DNA of 64,000 bases. Origin: an uncultured Verrucomicrobiae bacterium (lineage in GTDB: Bacteria; Verrucomicrobiota; Verrucomicrobiia; Chthoniobacterales; JAFAMB01). The translations under genes were made by a program, and so were the position numbers. The DNA is taken from positions 800,001-864,000 of the forward strand of contig CAWAIK010000001.1 of the NCBI GenBank assembly GCA_963782115.1, written 5' to 3'. Below the pieces are notes generated by a model, which worked only from the letters and a program-made list of their open reading frames with translations, was not told where the DNA came from and searched no databases. Shown piece by piece: positions 49,726-60,968 of the stretch (the first letter of the stretch is position 1; each line of letters begins with the position of its first letter).

Positions 49726-51615
49726 TCACCAGTCCCGAAGAACGCCGCGTTCGGTCTTGCGGTGCATAAGGTCGATCCTGTCGCTCTCGTCTTTCAACGA
49801 ATTGAGCAGCCCGAGGGCTTCGTCCTCTGACATCAAGCCTGGTCTGGACTCCTGGGGTTGCGGCATTTGCTGTTTGTTTTCGTCCGACGGGGTAATCTCT
49901 CGGAGTTGACCATCCTTTTTCGGATCTGGGGTGGGCTCGTCCTGCGATTGGCCATCATCGCCGCTATCGTTCGGATCGGAAGGGCTCTGTTGCTGGCCCC
50001 CAGGTGTTTGTTGATCGTCTGGCTGTGATTCTCCTGAGTCAGGTTCAGATTGTTGATCCGGCTTTTGACCCTGGTTCTGTTGCTGTTTATCGCGATTTCG
50101 TTGCTTGCGCTGTCTTTTTGATTGCCGCTGCTGTGTTCTTTGTCTTAGCCGCTGTTCTTCCTTCTCCTTTTCGGCATCCTTGATTCGCTCTTCGAGCAGG
50201 TTCAAATTTTTTTTTGCCTGTTCATCTCCTGGATTTCGATCGAGTGCCTGATGATATTGATAACGGGCATCGTAATAGTTCGACAGTTGCTGTTCGAGAT
50301 CCTGAGCATGGTTCCCCTCCTCGAAGAGGGTATTGCCGGCGTTGTAATAAGCTTTTTCTTGAAGACTCGGGTCGCTACTTACCATTGCTTTGGAGTATGC
50401 TTCAAATGCCTCGTCATATTGGTGCAAACGATAGGCTGCGTCTCCAAGGTTGAAGTTGATCCTCGGGGAGTTCGGATCATGTTTTAGTTGTTCGCGGAAA
50501 TTTTCCACGGCGCCATCAAAATCGCCCTGATTGTAGCGATCGAGCTCGGAATTGGCGCGTGCGTTCACTATAAGTGCCAGCATTGCCGCCGCGACAGCAC
50601 TTTCGACCGAAGACTGCCGCGGGTTCGCTTCTTTACGCCGATCACTTAGTGCCGCGGAAAGAAGAAGGAGCAACAGCCCGAATGTCAGCGGCCAGCGGTA
50701 TCGTTCCACAGGCAGATGGGTGGAGCGCTGGTCGATCTTTCCTTCACTGAGTTTGCGAAGACCGTTACCGATCAACCGCGACACTGCTCCATTTTCCAGA
50801 TGCACGTAAAACGCCCCGGTTTGTTCTGCGATTTCCCTGAGACGGGTTTCGTCCAAGCGGGATCGAACGGTTTGACCACTGCGATCCCGAAGAAGCTCCT
50901 GACGATCAGGGTCAACCGGAATCAGCGATCCTTCCTTGGTTCCGATTCCAACGGTGAAAATCCGAATGCCGTAAGAGGCAGCCTCCTTGGCGGCTGCGAC
51001 CGCGTCTTCCTCAAGGTCCTCGCCATCGGTTAGCAACACCATGGCACGATAAAGCCCTTCGGATTTACCGAGCGCCAGTTCTGCAGAATGGATCGCTGAG
51101 CTGATATCGGTTCCGCCGCGTTCGACTGTTTTGGTGTCAAGCTGCGTAAGTGCGTCGAGAACCGACTGATAGTCAACGGTCAACGGAGCCTCCACCTGTG
51201 CAGCGCCGGCGAAAGCGATCAGGCCAATCCGATCGCCATTCATGGCATCCAGAATATCTTGCGCGGCGAGTTTTGCTCGTGCCAACCGGTTGGGCGCGTA
51301 GTCTGTTGACAGCATGCTCTTTGATGTGTCGATCGCCAGGACGATATCGCGACCATGTTGTTCGAAATTTTGTTCGACGGATCCGAATTGGGGCCGTGCG
51401 AGGGCTACGATGAAGGCCACTAATGCTCCAAGGAAGAGAACTCTTTTGATCAGCATGCGCAAGCGAGCAACAGGATCGGTAAGCTGAGAAAGCAACCGCG
51501 CAGCGACGAGTTGTTGGAGTCGCTTCTGGCGTCGCCGATCATTGTGAATGCTGAGCGCAGCCAACAATGGTAACACCAGCAAGCACCATAAAAAACCCGG
51601 TTCGCCAAACGTCAT
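49726..51615 (-). CDS. BatB/BatC-like VWA + TPR protein
   Basis: DTSKSM MIDAS, PNRL.RAK, LTDGED; TPR; Q-rich linker; terminal RDW. Confidence 0.88.
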   Translation of the reverse strand: MTFGEPGFLWCLLVLPLLAALSIHNDRRRQKRLQQLVAARLLSQLTDPVARLRMLIKRVLFLGALVAFIVALARPQFGSVEQNFEQHGRDIVLAIDTSKSMLSTDYAPNRLARAKLAAQDILDAMNGDRIGLIAFAGAAQVEAPLTVDYQSVLDALTQLDTKTVERGGTDISSAIHSAELALGKSEGLYRAMVLLTDGEDLEEDAVAAAKEAASYGIRIFTVGIGTKEGSLIPVDPDRQELLRDRSGQTVRSRLDETRLREIAEQTGAFYVHLENGAVSRLIGNGLRKLSEGKIDQRSTHLPVERYRWPLTFGLLLLLLSAALSDRRKEANPRQSSVESAVAAAMLALIVNARANSELDRYNQGDFDGAVENFREQLKHDPNSPRINFNLGDAAYRLHQYDEAFEAYSKAMVSSDPSLQEKAYYNAGNTLFEEGNHAQDLEQQLSNYYDARYQYHQALDRNPGDEQAKKNLNLLEERIKDAEKEKEEQRLRQRTQQRQSKRQRKQRNRDKQQQNQGQKPDQQSEPDSGESQPDDQQTPGGQQQSPSDPNDSGDDGQSQDEPTPDPKKDGQLREITPSDENKQQMPQPQESRPGLMSEDEALGLLNSLKDESDRIDLMHRKTERGVLRDW

Positions 51616-52652
51616 GGCACCTTACTCCAAATTGTCTCGCTCAAGACGAAAGTGGCTCCCAGCAGACAAAAGCCTGCACCCAAGAGCCATGCAAAAGCAT
51701 CCTGGTAATTCTGGTACTTTTGTATTTGGACTTCCGTTTTTTCGAATTGATCAATCTGATTGAAGATCTCTGTCATCGTCTTGGTATCGGTGGCTCGGAA
51801 GAAAACGCCATTGCCAATGCGCGCGATTTCTCTGCAGGTGTCTTCTTTGAACGGCATATATTCCTGCGAGTAGTAAGTGTTACCAAAACCGTCGGAGTGC
51901 GGGAAAGGGACCAATCCGTTCGTGCCTGCGCCAATGGTGTAGATTTTGATGCCGATTGCCGCGGCGGCTTCAGCCGCCGTCAAAGGCGGGATCTTGCCGG
52001 CGTTATTGTCACCGTCGGTCAGCAGAACGATGACCCGGCTTTTTGCGTGTTTATCACGAAGCCGATTTGCTGCCGTCGCCAGAGCAGATCCGATGGCCGT
52101 GCCATCTTCGACAAGGCTCGACCCGATGACAGTCTGGTCGCCCATTCGGCGAATATTCAGGCGCGCGAGGTTTTCGACTAACCAGGTGTGATCGAGAGTG
52201 AGCGGGCTGACCAGATAGGCCCGACCTGAGAAAGCGATCAGGCCGATGCGGTCATCGGGTCGGCCGGTGATGAATTTCTCGGTGACCTTTTTCACCACTT
52301 CAAGCCGACTCGCCCGCTGGGATCCGATCGAATAATCTTCCGACAACATCGACAGCGAAACGTCGAGTAAAATCATGATATCGATGCCGCTGGCCCGAAT
52401 TCGGTTTGTGGCGGTTCCCAATTGTGGTCGGGCAAGCGCGATGATCAAACTAGCGCAGGCAACGTAATAAAGCGCATTCTGGACGGCCTTCCTCCAGGAG
52501 CGCCGAAAAGTGGTCGCGCTCTCGAAGATGCGGGCGGCGGCGAATCGTATAACAGGCGGTCTTTGGAAGCGACGGCCGATGAGCCAGAACAGAGGAAGAA
52601 GAATCGCCAACAGCAGAAACCAAGGTTGTTCGAATCGGAAGTAGGTATTCAC
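51612..52652 (-). CDS. BatA-like VWA protein
   Basis: ALARPQ, DVSLSM, DRIGLIAF, GTAIGSAL, LTDGDNNAG. Confidence 0.9.
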   Translation of the reverse strand: MNTYFRFEQPWFLLLAILLPLFWLIGRRFQRPPVIRFAAARIFESATTFRRSWRKAVQNALYYVACASLIIALARPQLGTATNRIRASGIDIMILLDVSLSMLSEDYSIGSQRASRLEVVKKVTEKFITGRPDDRIGLIAFSGRAYLVSPLTLDHTWLVENLARLNIRRMGDQTVIGSSLVEDGTAIGSALATAANRLRDKHAKSRVIVLLTDGDNNAGKIPPLTAAEAAAAIGIKIYTIGAGTNGLVPFPHSDGFGNTYYSQEYMPFKEDTCREIARIGNGVFFRATDTKTMTEIFNQIDQFEKTEVQIQKYQNYQDAFAWLLGAGFCLLGATFVLSETIWSKVP

Positions 52653-53158
52653 TTTACCTCCTCTACGAAGGCGGAGGCCTGTTCAAACAGGGCTTCGCTT
52701 TCTGCTTTCCCGGCAGCAACCCGCGCGAATTTGATCGCATCACAGTCCACCAGAAAATGCCGCAACAATTCCTGGTGTGCGAGGTCAAAGTGGGAAGTTT
52801 GTGCAGCTTCATTCAAAAACTCGATCGTGGTTTGCCGGACGGCTTTAATGCCGAACTGTTGCTCGATAAAGCTTCTGAGAATATCGGAAACTTCAACGCT
52901 GAAATCATACGCGCTATTGTCCGAAATTCTTGCTTTCGCTTTTTCCAGGCGTCTTCTGGCCAGTTCTTTCGGCAACAGCGGCCGAACAATTCTTGGTTTC
53001 GGACTAGGCCAAAGAAAGTAGGCAATAATCGCGAGCACGAGCAGGATCGCAACAATGACCACCACCCAGAGAGCAGGAGGAGCGGGGATCGGAGGGCGAA
53101 TGTCCTCAATATCGTCCGGAGCCTTCGAAGCGGCTTGCGCTAGAAAAAACCAGATCAT
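52649..53158 (-). CDS. DUF4381-like membrane protein
   Basis: IEDIRPP + transmembrane segment; SDILR.FIE, TT.EFL, D.IKFA; lies within the Bat operon. Confidence 0.7.
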   Translation of the reverse strand: MIWFFLAQAASKAPDDIEDIRPPIPAPPALWVVVIVAILLVLAIIAYFLWPSPKPRIVRPLLPKELARRRLEKAKARISDNSAYDFSVEVSDILRSFIEQQFGIKAVRQTTIEFLNEAAQTSHFDLAHQELLRHFLVDCDAIKFARVAAGKAESEALFEQASAFVEEVK

Positions 53159-54042
53159 TGACGTCTGAGCCGGTTTTCTCTTCGGATGAAGAACGACCGG
53201 AGCACGGGAAAATAATCTTGATCGGTGCGAAGCGGCACTGAATCGATTTTTTTCCGACGAAACAATGCTTCTCGACCAATTCGCTCTTTCCCGGCAAATT
53301 CGCTGAATTCGGATCGCACTCGGCCGTCGGAAGAATCGATCTCGTAGATCGCGCCGGTCTCAGGGTCTTCGACCAGGACCCATCCGATATTCGGCAACGA
53401 TTGTTCGCCAGGATCTTCGATTGGAATCGCGATCAGGTCGTGTCGGCGGCTGCAAATGGTCAAAGGCTTTTCGTAATGCTCCGCGTGAAAATCCGACAGC
53501 AGAAACACCACAGCCCGTCTGGTGGTCACGCGATTCAGAAAATCCAGCGGTTGCTTCAGATCTGTTTTTTTTCCTTTTGGCTCAAAGTAAAGAATTTCGC
53601 GGATCAGCCTCAGGATATGGAGCCGTCCTTTTCTAGGTGCGACGTAAAGCTCCACTCGATCGGTGAACAACATCAGTCCGACTTTATCGTTGTTTCGAAT
53701 TGCACAAAAGGCCAGCAAACAAGCCACTTCAGCAGCCAGTTCTCTCTTGCTGGCGTTGACACTGCCGTAACTTCCAGACGCACTCACATCGATTAAAAGC
53801 ACGACCGTCAGTTCGCGTTCTTCGATATATTTCCGGACATACGGTTCACCCATCCGAGCTGTCACATTCCAATCGATCGAGCGAACTTCGTCGCCGAAAT
53901 CGTACTGGCGGAATTCATCAAAATTCATTCCCCGCCCCTTAAAGACGCTGTGATATTGCCCGGCGAAAGCAGTTTCCACGAAACGACGGGTGCGAAGTTC
54001 CAGCTTGCGGATCTTTTTCAGGATCTCAGGAACAGACTGCAT
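53155..54042 (-). CDS. DUF58 family protein
   Basis: G.YHSVFKGRGMNF.EFRQY..GD.VR.IDWNVTAR, EEREL, DVSAS. Confidence 0.92.
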   Translation of the reverse strand: MQSVPEILKKIRKLELRTRRFVETAFAGQYHSVFKGRGMNFDEFRQYDFGDEVRSIDWNVTARMGEPYVRKYIEERELTVVLLIDVSASGSYGSVNASKRELAAEVACLLAFCAIRNNDKVGLMLFTDRVELYVAPRKGRLHILRLIREILYFEPKGKKTDLKQPLDFLNRVTTRRAVVFLLSDFHAEHYEKPLTICSRRHDLIAIPIEDPGEQSLPNIGWVLVEDPETGAIYEIDSSDGRVRSEFSEFAGKERIGREALFRRKKIDSVPLRTDQDYFPVLRSFFIRRENRLRRQ

Positions 54043-54051
54043 GGACTTAAA

Positions 54052-55041
54052 TCATGGGACGGGAAGTCCGGCAAAAATTCTTTGAATGATAGTTTCGCTC
54101 GTTATCTCTTCGGCCTCGGCCTCATAGCTGACGATCACCCGATGCCTCAGAACATCCAGGCCAACCGATTTAATATCCTGCGGCGTGACGTAGCCTCTCC
54201 CGTTCAGAAATGCGTGGGCGCGAGACGCGAGAGTCAGGTTGATGGTCGCACGTGGAGAAGCTCCGTACCGGATCAGGCCTTCCATTCCAAGATGGTACTC
54301 TTCCGGCCGACGGGTCGCCCAGACGATATCCACAATGTAGTCTTTCACCCGATCATCGATAAAAATGCGATTCACGATATCGCGTGAGCGGATGATTTCA
54401 TCCGCCGACGCGACTGTTTGAACGGAAAGATCCGGCGCTGAAGTGCCCATAAGATCCAGGATCTTGCGTTCCTCGGTCTTGGATGGGTAGGCAATGTTGA
54501 GCTTTAACATGAACCGATCCAACTGAGCTTCAGGCAGCTGATAGGTGCCCTCCTGCTCGAGCGGATTCTGCGTAGCGAGTACCAGAAAGGGATCCGACAG
54601 AGGATAGGACTGGTCGCTGATGGTGATGCGCCGTTCCTGCATCGCTTCGAGCAGGGCGCTTTGCACCTTCGCTGGAGCACGATTAATTTCGTCTGCCAAA
54701 ATCAGGTTGGAAAAGATCGGGCCGAGTTTCGGTCGAAATTCACCGTCACGCGGGTTGTAGATCATCGTCCCGATGATATCCGCCGGTAACAGGTCCGGCG
54801 TGAATTGGAGACGCTGAAATTTCGTGTGAACACAGGAAGCGAGCGTTTTAACGGCCAGCGTTTTCGCCAGTCCGGGAACACCTTCCAGAAGAACGTGGCC
54901 GTTTGCCAGCAATCCGATGAGCAAGCGGTCGATCAGATATTTCTGGCCCACAATCACTCGAGAAATTTCATTCTGAACCGCGTGCACCCATTGGCAATTG
55001 CCCTTTACTTCCTCCGTAATTGCCTCAGTCGAAATGGTCAT
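54052..55041 (-). CDS. moxR: MoxR AAA+ ATPase
   Basis: EGVPGLAKT, QFTPDLLPAD, ADEINRAPAKVQSALLEAM, ATQNP.EQEGTY.LPEAQLDRF. Confidence 0.95.
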   Translation of the reverse strand: MTISTEAITEEVKGNCQWVHAVQNEISRVIVGQKYLIDRLLIGLLANGHVLLEGVPGLAKTLAVKTLASCVHTKFQRLQFTPDLLPADIIGTMIYNPRDGEFRPKLGPIFSNLILADEINRAPAKVQSALLEAMQERRITISDQSYPLSDPFLVLATQNPLEQEGTYQLPEAQLDRFMLKLNIAYPSKTEERKILDLMGTSAPDLSVQTVASADEIIRSRDIVNRIFIDDRVKDYIVDIVWATRRPEEYHLGMEGLIRYGASPRATINLTLASRAHAFLNGRGYVTPQDIKSVGLDVLRHRVIVSYEAEAEEITSETIIQRIFAGLPVP

Positions 55042-55254
55042 ATCGGTGTTACAGGTCAGACAGTCTACCCGTGTATCCGTTTAAATACAGGGTAGGCAGA
55101 GCGTTCCGCTTTGCTTCTCCAGGATCGACGCGGCGCGAAGCTCCTTCAAATTCGAGCAAAGTGGCGCTTCGCCCATCGCTTTCATGGACCTACGAGCGGG
55201 AAGCCCGCGCGATTCTGACGCGCTTTTTCGTTGCAACCTGCGAATCTCGTAACC

Positions 55255-56550
55255 ATGTTTCTGCCAATCTTGTATCCGACTCCCTGGCAGAGAAAGTTGC
55301 TCTGGAACGCGATCGCCTCGCTCTCCTTGCTGGTGATCGCTGCGATCGTCGTTTTCACCCTGTATGTCGCGACGCAAATTCTCGCCTTTCTTCAACCTCT
55401 TCTTTTGCCGGTAGCTGTGGCGGGGGTGTTCGCCTATTTGCTGGAGCCAGTTGTCAGTTGGCTTGCCCGGAATAAGGTGCCGCGACTTCTAGCTGTCATC
55501 ACGGTGTTTGGCGGGTTTGTCCTGAGCGCGACGCTTTTGGTCATCGGAGTCGTTCCCTCGATTTACACTGAAAGCGTGAAGTTTTCTTCTGCGCTTCCCG
55601 GGTATCTGGTACGAGGGTGGGGTTCCATTGACGGTTTTCTAGAGCAAAATCTGGAGAAGATTCCTCAACTTGGAGGCAATCCATCTCCCTCTGCGACACC
55701 CGAGTCGAACGCCAGGGCGACACCTACACCGGCACCGGATCTGGGTTCAGGGAGCGACAACTCGAACAGAAGTCTCGCGCGCTATCAAAACAACCCTTAC
55801 GTCCAGCAATCGCTGCAATATTTGCAGGATCAGCTTCCTTCATTGGTGCAACGTACTTGGATCTTCATCCAGACAAGCCTGACGGGTGTTTTCGGCGTGT
55901 TCGGCTTCATGTTTGGTTTGCTGATTGTCCCCATCTATCTGTTTTTCTTCCTGAAAGAGAGCCCGCGGATTGCGCAATCCTGGAGCAATTACCTGCCGCT
56001 TCGTCGCTCGGAATTTAAAGACGAGGTGGTCACCGTCCTGACTGAGATCAATGGTTATCTCATCAATTTTTTTCGTGGCCAATTGGTGGTGGCAATTATC
56101 AACGGGATCCTGGTGGGGGTTGGGCTCTCGATTGTGGGCCTGCAATTCGGCTTTCTCATCGGGCTGGGATTCTTGTTCTTCGGGATCATTCCTTACGTCG
56201 GATACATTGTGTGCTATATCCCGGCGATCCTGATTGCGTTTGCGCAATTCAATGATTGGGCACATCCGTTGTGGGTAACGATTATCTTCTTTCTGATCGT
56301 CGCCCAGATCGATGGTCTCGTGACCACTCCTCGGATCGTCGGAAATTCGGTGGGACTCCATCCAATGACAGTCATCATGTCTGTCTTTTTATGGACCCTC
56401 GTCCTTGGAGGTCTGCTCGGAGCGGTCCTGGCGATTCCGTTGACCGCGACGCTGAAAGTGTTGCTCCATCGCTATGTGTGGGATCGTCAAAGGAACATCT
56501 TTTTTCAGGAAGATATCCCTTCAAAGGAGGAGATCGAAATCGCGACCTAG
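55255..56550 (+). CDS. AI-2E family transporter
   Basis: AYLLEPVV, FFRGQ, IPYVG, PRIVGNSVGLHP, LAIPLTA. Confidence 0.9.
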   Translation: MFLPILYPTPWQRKLLWNAIASLSLLVIAAIVVFTLYVATQILAFLQPLLLPVAVAGVFAYLLEPVVSWLARNKVPRLLAVITVFGGFVLSATLLVIGVVPSIYTESVKFSSALPGYLVRGWGSIDGFLEQNLEKIPQLGGNPSPSATPESNARATPTPAPDLGSGSDNSNRSLARYQNNPYVQQSLQYLQDQLPSLVQRTWIFIQTSLTGVFGVFGFMFGLLIVPIYLFFFLKESPRIAQSWSNYLPLRRSEFKDEVVTVLTEINGYLINFFRGQLVVAIINGILVGVGLSIVGLQFGFLIGLGFLFFGIIPYVGYIVCYIPAILIAFAQFNDWAHPLWVTIIFFLIVAQIDGLVTTPRIVGNSVGLHPMTVIMSVFLWTLVLGGLLGAVLAIPLTATLKVLLHRYVWDRQRNIFFQEDIPSKEEIEIAT

Positions 56551-56589
56551 CCAGGGGACAGGACCTTAAAACTCAAGCCTCAAAACGGG

Positions 56590-57945
56590 CTACGTCATAT
56601 GAGCGATGATGTTGTCCCCGAATTCCGAGCATTTTATTTCGGTTGCCCCGTCCATCAACCGCGCGAAGTCGTATGTGACTCTCTTACTCGCGATGGCGTC
56701 GTTCAGTCCCTTGATCACCAGATCCGCGGCTTCTGCCCAACCCAGGTGCCTTAACATCATTTCTCCCGACAGCACAACTGAACCCGGGTTGACCTTGTCG
56801 AGATTCGCATACTTGGGCGCGGTGCCGTGTGTCGCTTCAAAAATAGCGTGTCCGGTGTGGTAATTGATGTTGCCACCGGGTGCGATTCCAATCCCACCGA
56901 CTTGAGCGGCCAGAGCGTCCGAAAGATAGTCGCCGTTTAAATTCAGCGTCGCGATCACATCGAAGTCTTCCGGGCGTGTCAGAATCTGTTGCAAGGTGAT
57001 GTCGGCAATCGCGTCCTTGACGAGGATTTTCCCGCCGGCCAACGCCGCCTTCATCTCATCGTTAGCGTCTTTTTCTCCTTTCTCCTTCTTTGTCCGCTCC
57101 CATTTCGTCCAGGAATATGTCTCGTTGCCAAAAAGAGTGTCCGCAAGCTCATACCCCCAATCTCTAAAGCTTCCCTCGGTGAACTTCATGATGTTGCCCT
57201 TATGCACGAACGTGACGGATTTTTTCTTGTTCTTGATCGCGTACCGAATAGCTGCAGCGATGAGGCGGTTGGACCCCAGATGACTCACCGATTTGATCCC
57301 GATTCCAACCTCAATGTCCGGGTTTCCGATCGCCGGCTCGGCGGACAAAAAATCTTTAGTGGCTTTTGCGGTCCCAAAACGAATCTTCGAGAATTCTTTG
57401 GGGAACTCTTGTTCGAACAACTTCAAGAAACGCTGAGACTCCGGAGAGCCGGCACGGAACTCGATTCCGGCGTAAATATCCTCCGTGTTTTCCCGGAAGA
57501 TCACCATGTCGATTTTTTCGGGATGTTTGACAGGGGACGGTACACCTTTAAAGTACTGAACGGGTCGCAGGCAAACGTACAAATCCAGGAGTTGGCGAAG
57601 CGCCACGTTCAGTGAGCGAATTCCTCCTCCAACGGGAGTTGTGAGGGGTCCTTTAATCCCTACTAGATATTCTCTGAAAGCGTTGACGGTGTCTTCCGGC
57701 AACCAATCGTCGAAACGATTCTTCGCCGTTTCGCCTGCGAAAACTTCAAACCAGGCAATTTTTCTGGAACCCTTGTACGCTTTTTCGACTGCCGCATCGA
57801 ACACGCGTTCGCTTGCCGCCCAAATGTCCGACCCGGTGCCATCGCCTCGAATGAATGGAATAACCGGATTGTCCGGGCAGTGGATCTCGCCGTTGTGAAT
57901 GGTGATTTTGCCCCCGCTGGGTGCCTGTACTTTTTGGTGTGCCAT
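56590..57945 (-). CDS. icd: NADP-dependent isocitrate dehydrogenase
   Basis: [51 protein letters not shown]. Confidence 0.96.
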   Translation of the reverse strand: MAHQKVQAPSGGKITIHNGEIHCPDNPVIPFIRGDGTGSDIWAASERVFDAAVEKAYKGSRKIAWFEVFAGETAKNRFDDWLPEDTVNAFREYLVGIKGPLTTPVGGGIRSLNVALRQLLDLYVCLRPVQYFKGVPSPVKHPEKIDMVIFRENTEDIYAGIEFRAGSPESQRFLKLFEQEFPKEFSKIRFGTAKATKDFLSAEPAIGNPDIEVGIGIKSVSHLGSNRLIAAAIRYAIKNKKKSVTFVHKGNIMKFTEGSFRDWGYELADTLFGNETYSWTKWERTKKEKGEKDANDEMKAALAGGKILVKDAIADITLQQILTRPEDFDVIATLNLNGDYLSDALAAQVGGIGIAPGGNINYHTGHAIFEATHGTAPKYANLDKVNPGSVVLSGEMMLRHLGWAEAADLVIKGLNDAIASKRVTYDFARLMDGATEIKCSEFGDNIIAHMT

Positions 57946-58174
57946 AGTGCTTCGCTTCGAACAGGAATTGACTGGACCTGGAAACCATCTGAACAGGCAT
58001 TCCTCACCCAAAAAGGCACGGTGCGCAAATGACGATTTAGGATCCGTGCCAGCAAGGAAAAGCTCGGAAGCCAATCGCGAATGAGGAAAGCAGGCGCGCG
58101 GCGAGTTGCAAACCAAAGGGTCTATGCTTTAATCATGGCGAGAAACTTAACTCCCTTGATTTTTTATATTGTCT

Positions 58175-58663
58175 ATGTTTACAACCGAGCAACGCTCGAC
58201 CGAGCAACGCTCTGATTTCGACCTGCAAATCGCCGCAGAAGAACTTGCCGAAATCGTCATGCATATGCAGCGGAAGTTTCTGCACAACCTGTCAGAGGAG
58301 CTGGGTCACGGGAGCGTATCTTTTCCGCAATATTTTCTGCTCGGGTGTCTGGAGAAACAGGAAGTGATCACGATGTCTGGTATCGCTTCGAAGATGGGCC
58401 ACACCACCGCCGCCGCTACCGGACTAGTCGATAGGCTCGAAAAGCTGGGGTATGTTCAGCGCTCCCATGCGCTGGATGATCGGCGTAAGGTGATGGTGAA
58501 AATTACCCAGAAAGGCTCTGGCCTGGTCGCGCAAATTCGTAGAGACATGGTGAACAAGATTGTAACTCTTTTGCGGGAATATCTGACCGCCGAGGAAGGA
58601 AGGGCCTGGCTTCAGATCTACCGCAAGATTGCAGATTGTTCCGATAAACTGCCCAAAAAATAA
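58175..58663 (+). CDS. MarR family transcriptional regulator
   Basis: TGLVDRLEKLGYVQR...DDRRKV.VKIT.KG. Confidence 0.9.
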   Translation: MFTTEQRSTEQRSDFDLQIAAEELAEIVMHMQRKFLHNLSEELGHGSVSFPQYFLLGCLEKQEVITMSGIASKMGHTTAAATGLVDRLEKLGYVQRSHALDDRRKVMVKITQKGSGLVAQIRRDMVNKIVTLLREYLTAEEGRAWLQIYRKIADCSDKLPKK

Positions 58664-60276
58664 TGAGACTTCCGCTGTTTGCCTTAACCGTCGCAGGGAT
58701 GTCCTGCAATTTGATCGCCGGCGAGTCGACTGTTGGTTACCGCAGTCATCCGCTAACAATCGATGAAGCTGTTCAACTCGCGCTCAAGCAGAATCCCTCT
58801 GTCTTGCAGCAAATACAACAACTCAAGGCATTGAAAGGTCTTTTTTACCAGGCGCAGGCCAAGTTGCTGCCCCAGCTGACCGCTGCCTCCAATTATTCGC
58901 AGACGGATACCGCTTTGAACCCGAGGCTTTCTGCCGGTAAGCCCAATTTTGATCTCCTTGCTGTGCCAAGCGGTCAGACCCTGGCCATCAATCCAGTTAC
59001 CGGAGCCACTAATGCCATCGGCATTCCGGGCAGCATATTAACCAGTGGGTCCACCTCGGCAAATCAAACCTGGCAGGTCACCTTGACCGTATCTCAACTG
59101 ATCTGGGACGGCGGCGCGACGATCGCATCGCGTCGGGCGGCGCGGATCAACGAAGACCAGGGTTACTACACGCTGCGCGACACCATCGACACGGTCGTCG
59201 AGACGGTCCGTACGCAGTTCTATCAAATCCTCCTCGATAAAGCCTTGGTCCAGGTTCAGGAAGAATCGGTAAATCTTCTCCAAAGCCAATTGGAAGACCA
59301 GAAGAGCCGCTACGAGGCAGGGACTGTTCCGCAATTCAACGTTCTCCAAGCTGAGGGCACACTGGAAAACCAGATCCCGCAACTGATCGCGGCCCGGAAC
59401 AATTATCGGATCTCTGAACTGACGCTTGCGCGAACTCTTGGAATTCCGGCAGATCGCCAGTATACGACCGACAATCCATTGCCGGTAGAGGGAGAACTCG
59501 GCTTTAGCCCGATGAAATACGATCTTGCTTCTGCGCTGATTGCCGCGCGTGCAAACCGCCCGTTTCTCAAGGCGCAACGGTCTGCAATTCTTGCTAGTGT
59601 GGAAAACATCACCGTGCAGGCGGCCGGTTTTCAGCCAACCGTCACCGCAAATGTCGGCTTGGAGCAAGAGAGCAACCCAACGACCAATAATTTGACCCGC
59701 ACGCTCCAGGGGTGGTTCCTGGGCCTGCAGGGTTCCTGGAATGTCTTCGACGGTTTCCTGACCTACGGCAAAGTGAAGCAGGCGCGAGCGCAATTGGAGC
59801 AGGCGAAGGTCACCTACGATGATTCTGTGCGGCAAGTCGAACTTGAAGTCGCCACTGCGGTCAGCAACCTGCGGCAAGCCACCCAAACAGTGGATAGCGC
59901 TCAGACAGGTGTGAACGTAAACCTCGAGGCGTTGCGTCTGGCTGATGAGCGTCTCGCGGCCGGTACCGGTACTCAGCTTGACGTTTTAACGGCGCAACAA
60001 GCTCTCACGACGGCACGCTCCAATCTGGTGCAGGCTGAGTTTTCCTACGTCTCAGCCGTCGCCTCCTACCAGCAGGCAACGGCGACCGAGACATGGTACA
60101 ACGATATGTTCGATTCTCCGGCCTTACGTCCATCCACTTTGACCACGACTGAGGCTGCAAAAGCGGCTCGGGCGCGGCATGATTCGCCGCTCGATCCGGG
60201 CAAACCGGCCACTCAGAAGGCAAAACGTGAATCTCTGACTCCGCCACAGGGCAAGGTGGAAACTACCAATGACTAA
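58663..60276 (+). CDS. TolC-family outer membrane protein
   Basis: LTIDEAVQLALKQNP; repeated RY.AG....VL.A motifs; TAATG coupling to marR. Confidence 0.9.
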   Translation: MRLPLFALTVAGMSCNLIAGESTVGYRSHPLTIDEAVQLALKQNPSVLQQIQQLKALKGLFYQAQAKLLPQLTAASNYSQTDTALNPRLSAGKPNFDLLAVPSGQTLAINPVTGATNAIGIPGSILTSGSTSANQTWQVTLTVSQLIWDGGATIASRRAARINEDQGYYTLRDTIDTVVETVRTQFYQILLDKALVQVQEESVNLLQSQLEDQKSRYEAGTVPQFNVLQAEGTLENQIPQLIAARNNYRISELTLARTLGIPADRQYTTDNPLPVEGELGFSPMKYDLASALIAARANRPFLKAQRSAILASVENITVQAAGFQPTVTANVGLEQESNPTTNNLTRTLQGWFLGLQGSWNVFDGFLTYGKVKQARAQLEQAKVTYDDSVRQVELEVATAVSNLRQATQTVDSAQTGVNVNLEALRLADERLAAGTGTQLDVLTAQQALTTARSNLVQAEFSYVSAVASYQQATATETWYNDMFDSPALRPSTLTTTEAAKAARARHDSPLDPGKPATQKAKRESLTPPQGKVETTND

Positions 60277-60955
60277 CCCGCCTGTTGAACGTTTTCCCGC
60301 CCTCGAAGTGCTGGAAGACGTTCTGCATGGCTTTGTTCTCAGAGTGCCGGGGCTCGACGTTCGCGCGGATCGGGAGATTGCGCTGCGGAGACTGGACGCA
60401 TTTCACGAAATAGCGCGCCGGAGCTTTGGAACGCGGCAAGTTCGTCTCGCCCAACAAGTCCACGGCAACTCGGTCGCCGTTGTCACGGTTGATTCTGCCG
60501 TCAAGAGTGCGCACGCCGATGCTTTGATCACAAGTGATCCAGAGGTCTTGCTCGGGATACACGTAGCCGATTGTTGCGCGGTATTTTTGGTCGATTCTCA
60601 ACAGGGCGCCATCGGCTTGGTGCATTCGGGAAGGAAGGGAACCGAATTGAATATCGTTGGTGCCGCGGTTCAGAAAATGCGAATTGAGTTTGGCACGGAC
60701 CCTGCATGCCTTGTGGCGCAGCTTAGTCCGTGCATTCGGCCGCCTCATTACGAAGTCGATTTCGCCGCTGAAATCGTGCAGAGTCTCAAGCGTTCCGGAG
60801 TTCGTCGGGTATTCGATTCAGGTGAGAATACCGCAGCGGATCTGGAAAGATATTATTCGTACCGGATGGAAAAAGGTCGGACCGGCCGCATGCTGGCTTT
60901 ACTGGCCCGGAAGGGGAGCGTACCAGCGAGCGGGCGTATCGGCCTATCGGCGTAG
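60269..60955 (+). CDS. pgeF: YfiH/PgeF laccase-domain protein
   Basis: QVHG, ADALIT, VADC, HSGRKG, SPCI, YSYR..GR. Confidence 0.85.
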   Translation: MTNPPVERFPALEVLEDVLHGFVLRVPGLDVRADREIALRRLDAFHEIARRSFGTRQVRLAQQVHGNSVAVVTVDSAVKSAHADALITSDPEVLLGIHVADCCAVFLVDSQQGAIGLVHSGRKGTELNIVGAAVQKMRIEFGTDPACLVAQLSPCIRPPHYEVDFAAEIVQSLKRSGVRRVFDSGENTAADLERYYSYRMEKGRTGRMLALLARKGSVPASGRIGLSA

Positions 60956-60968
60956 GTAGAGGCTTTCT

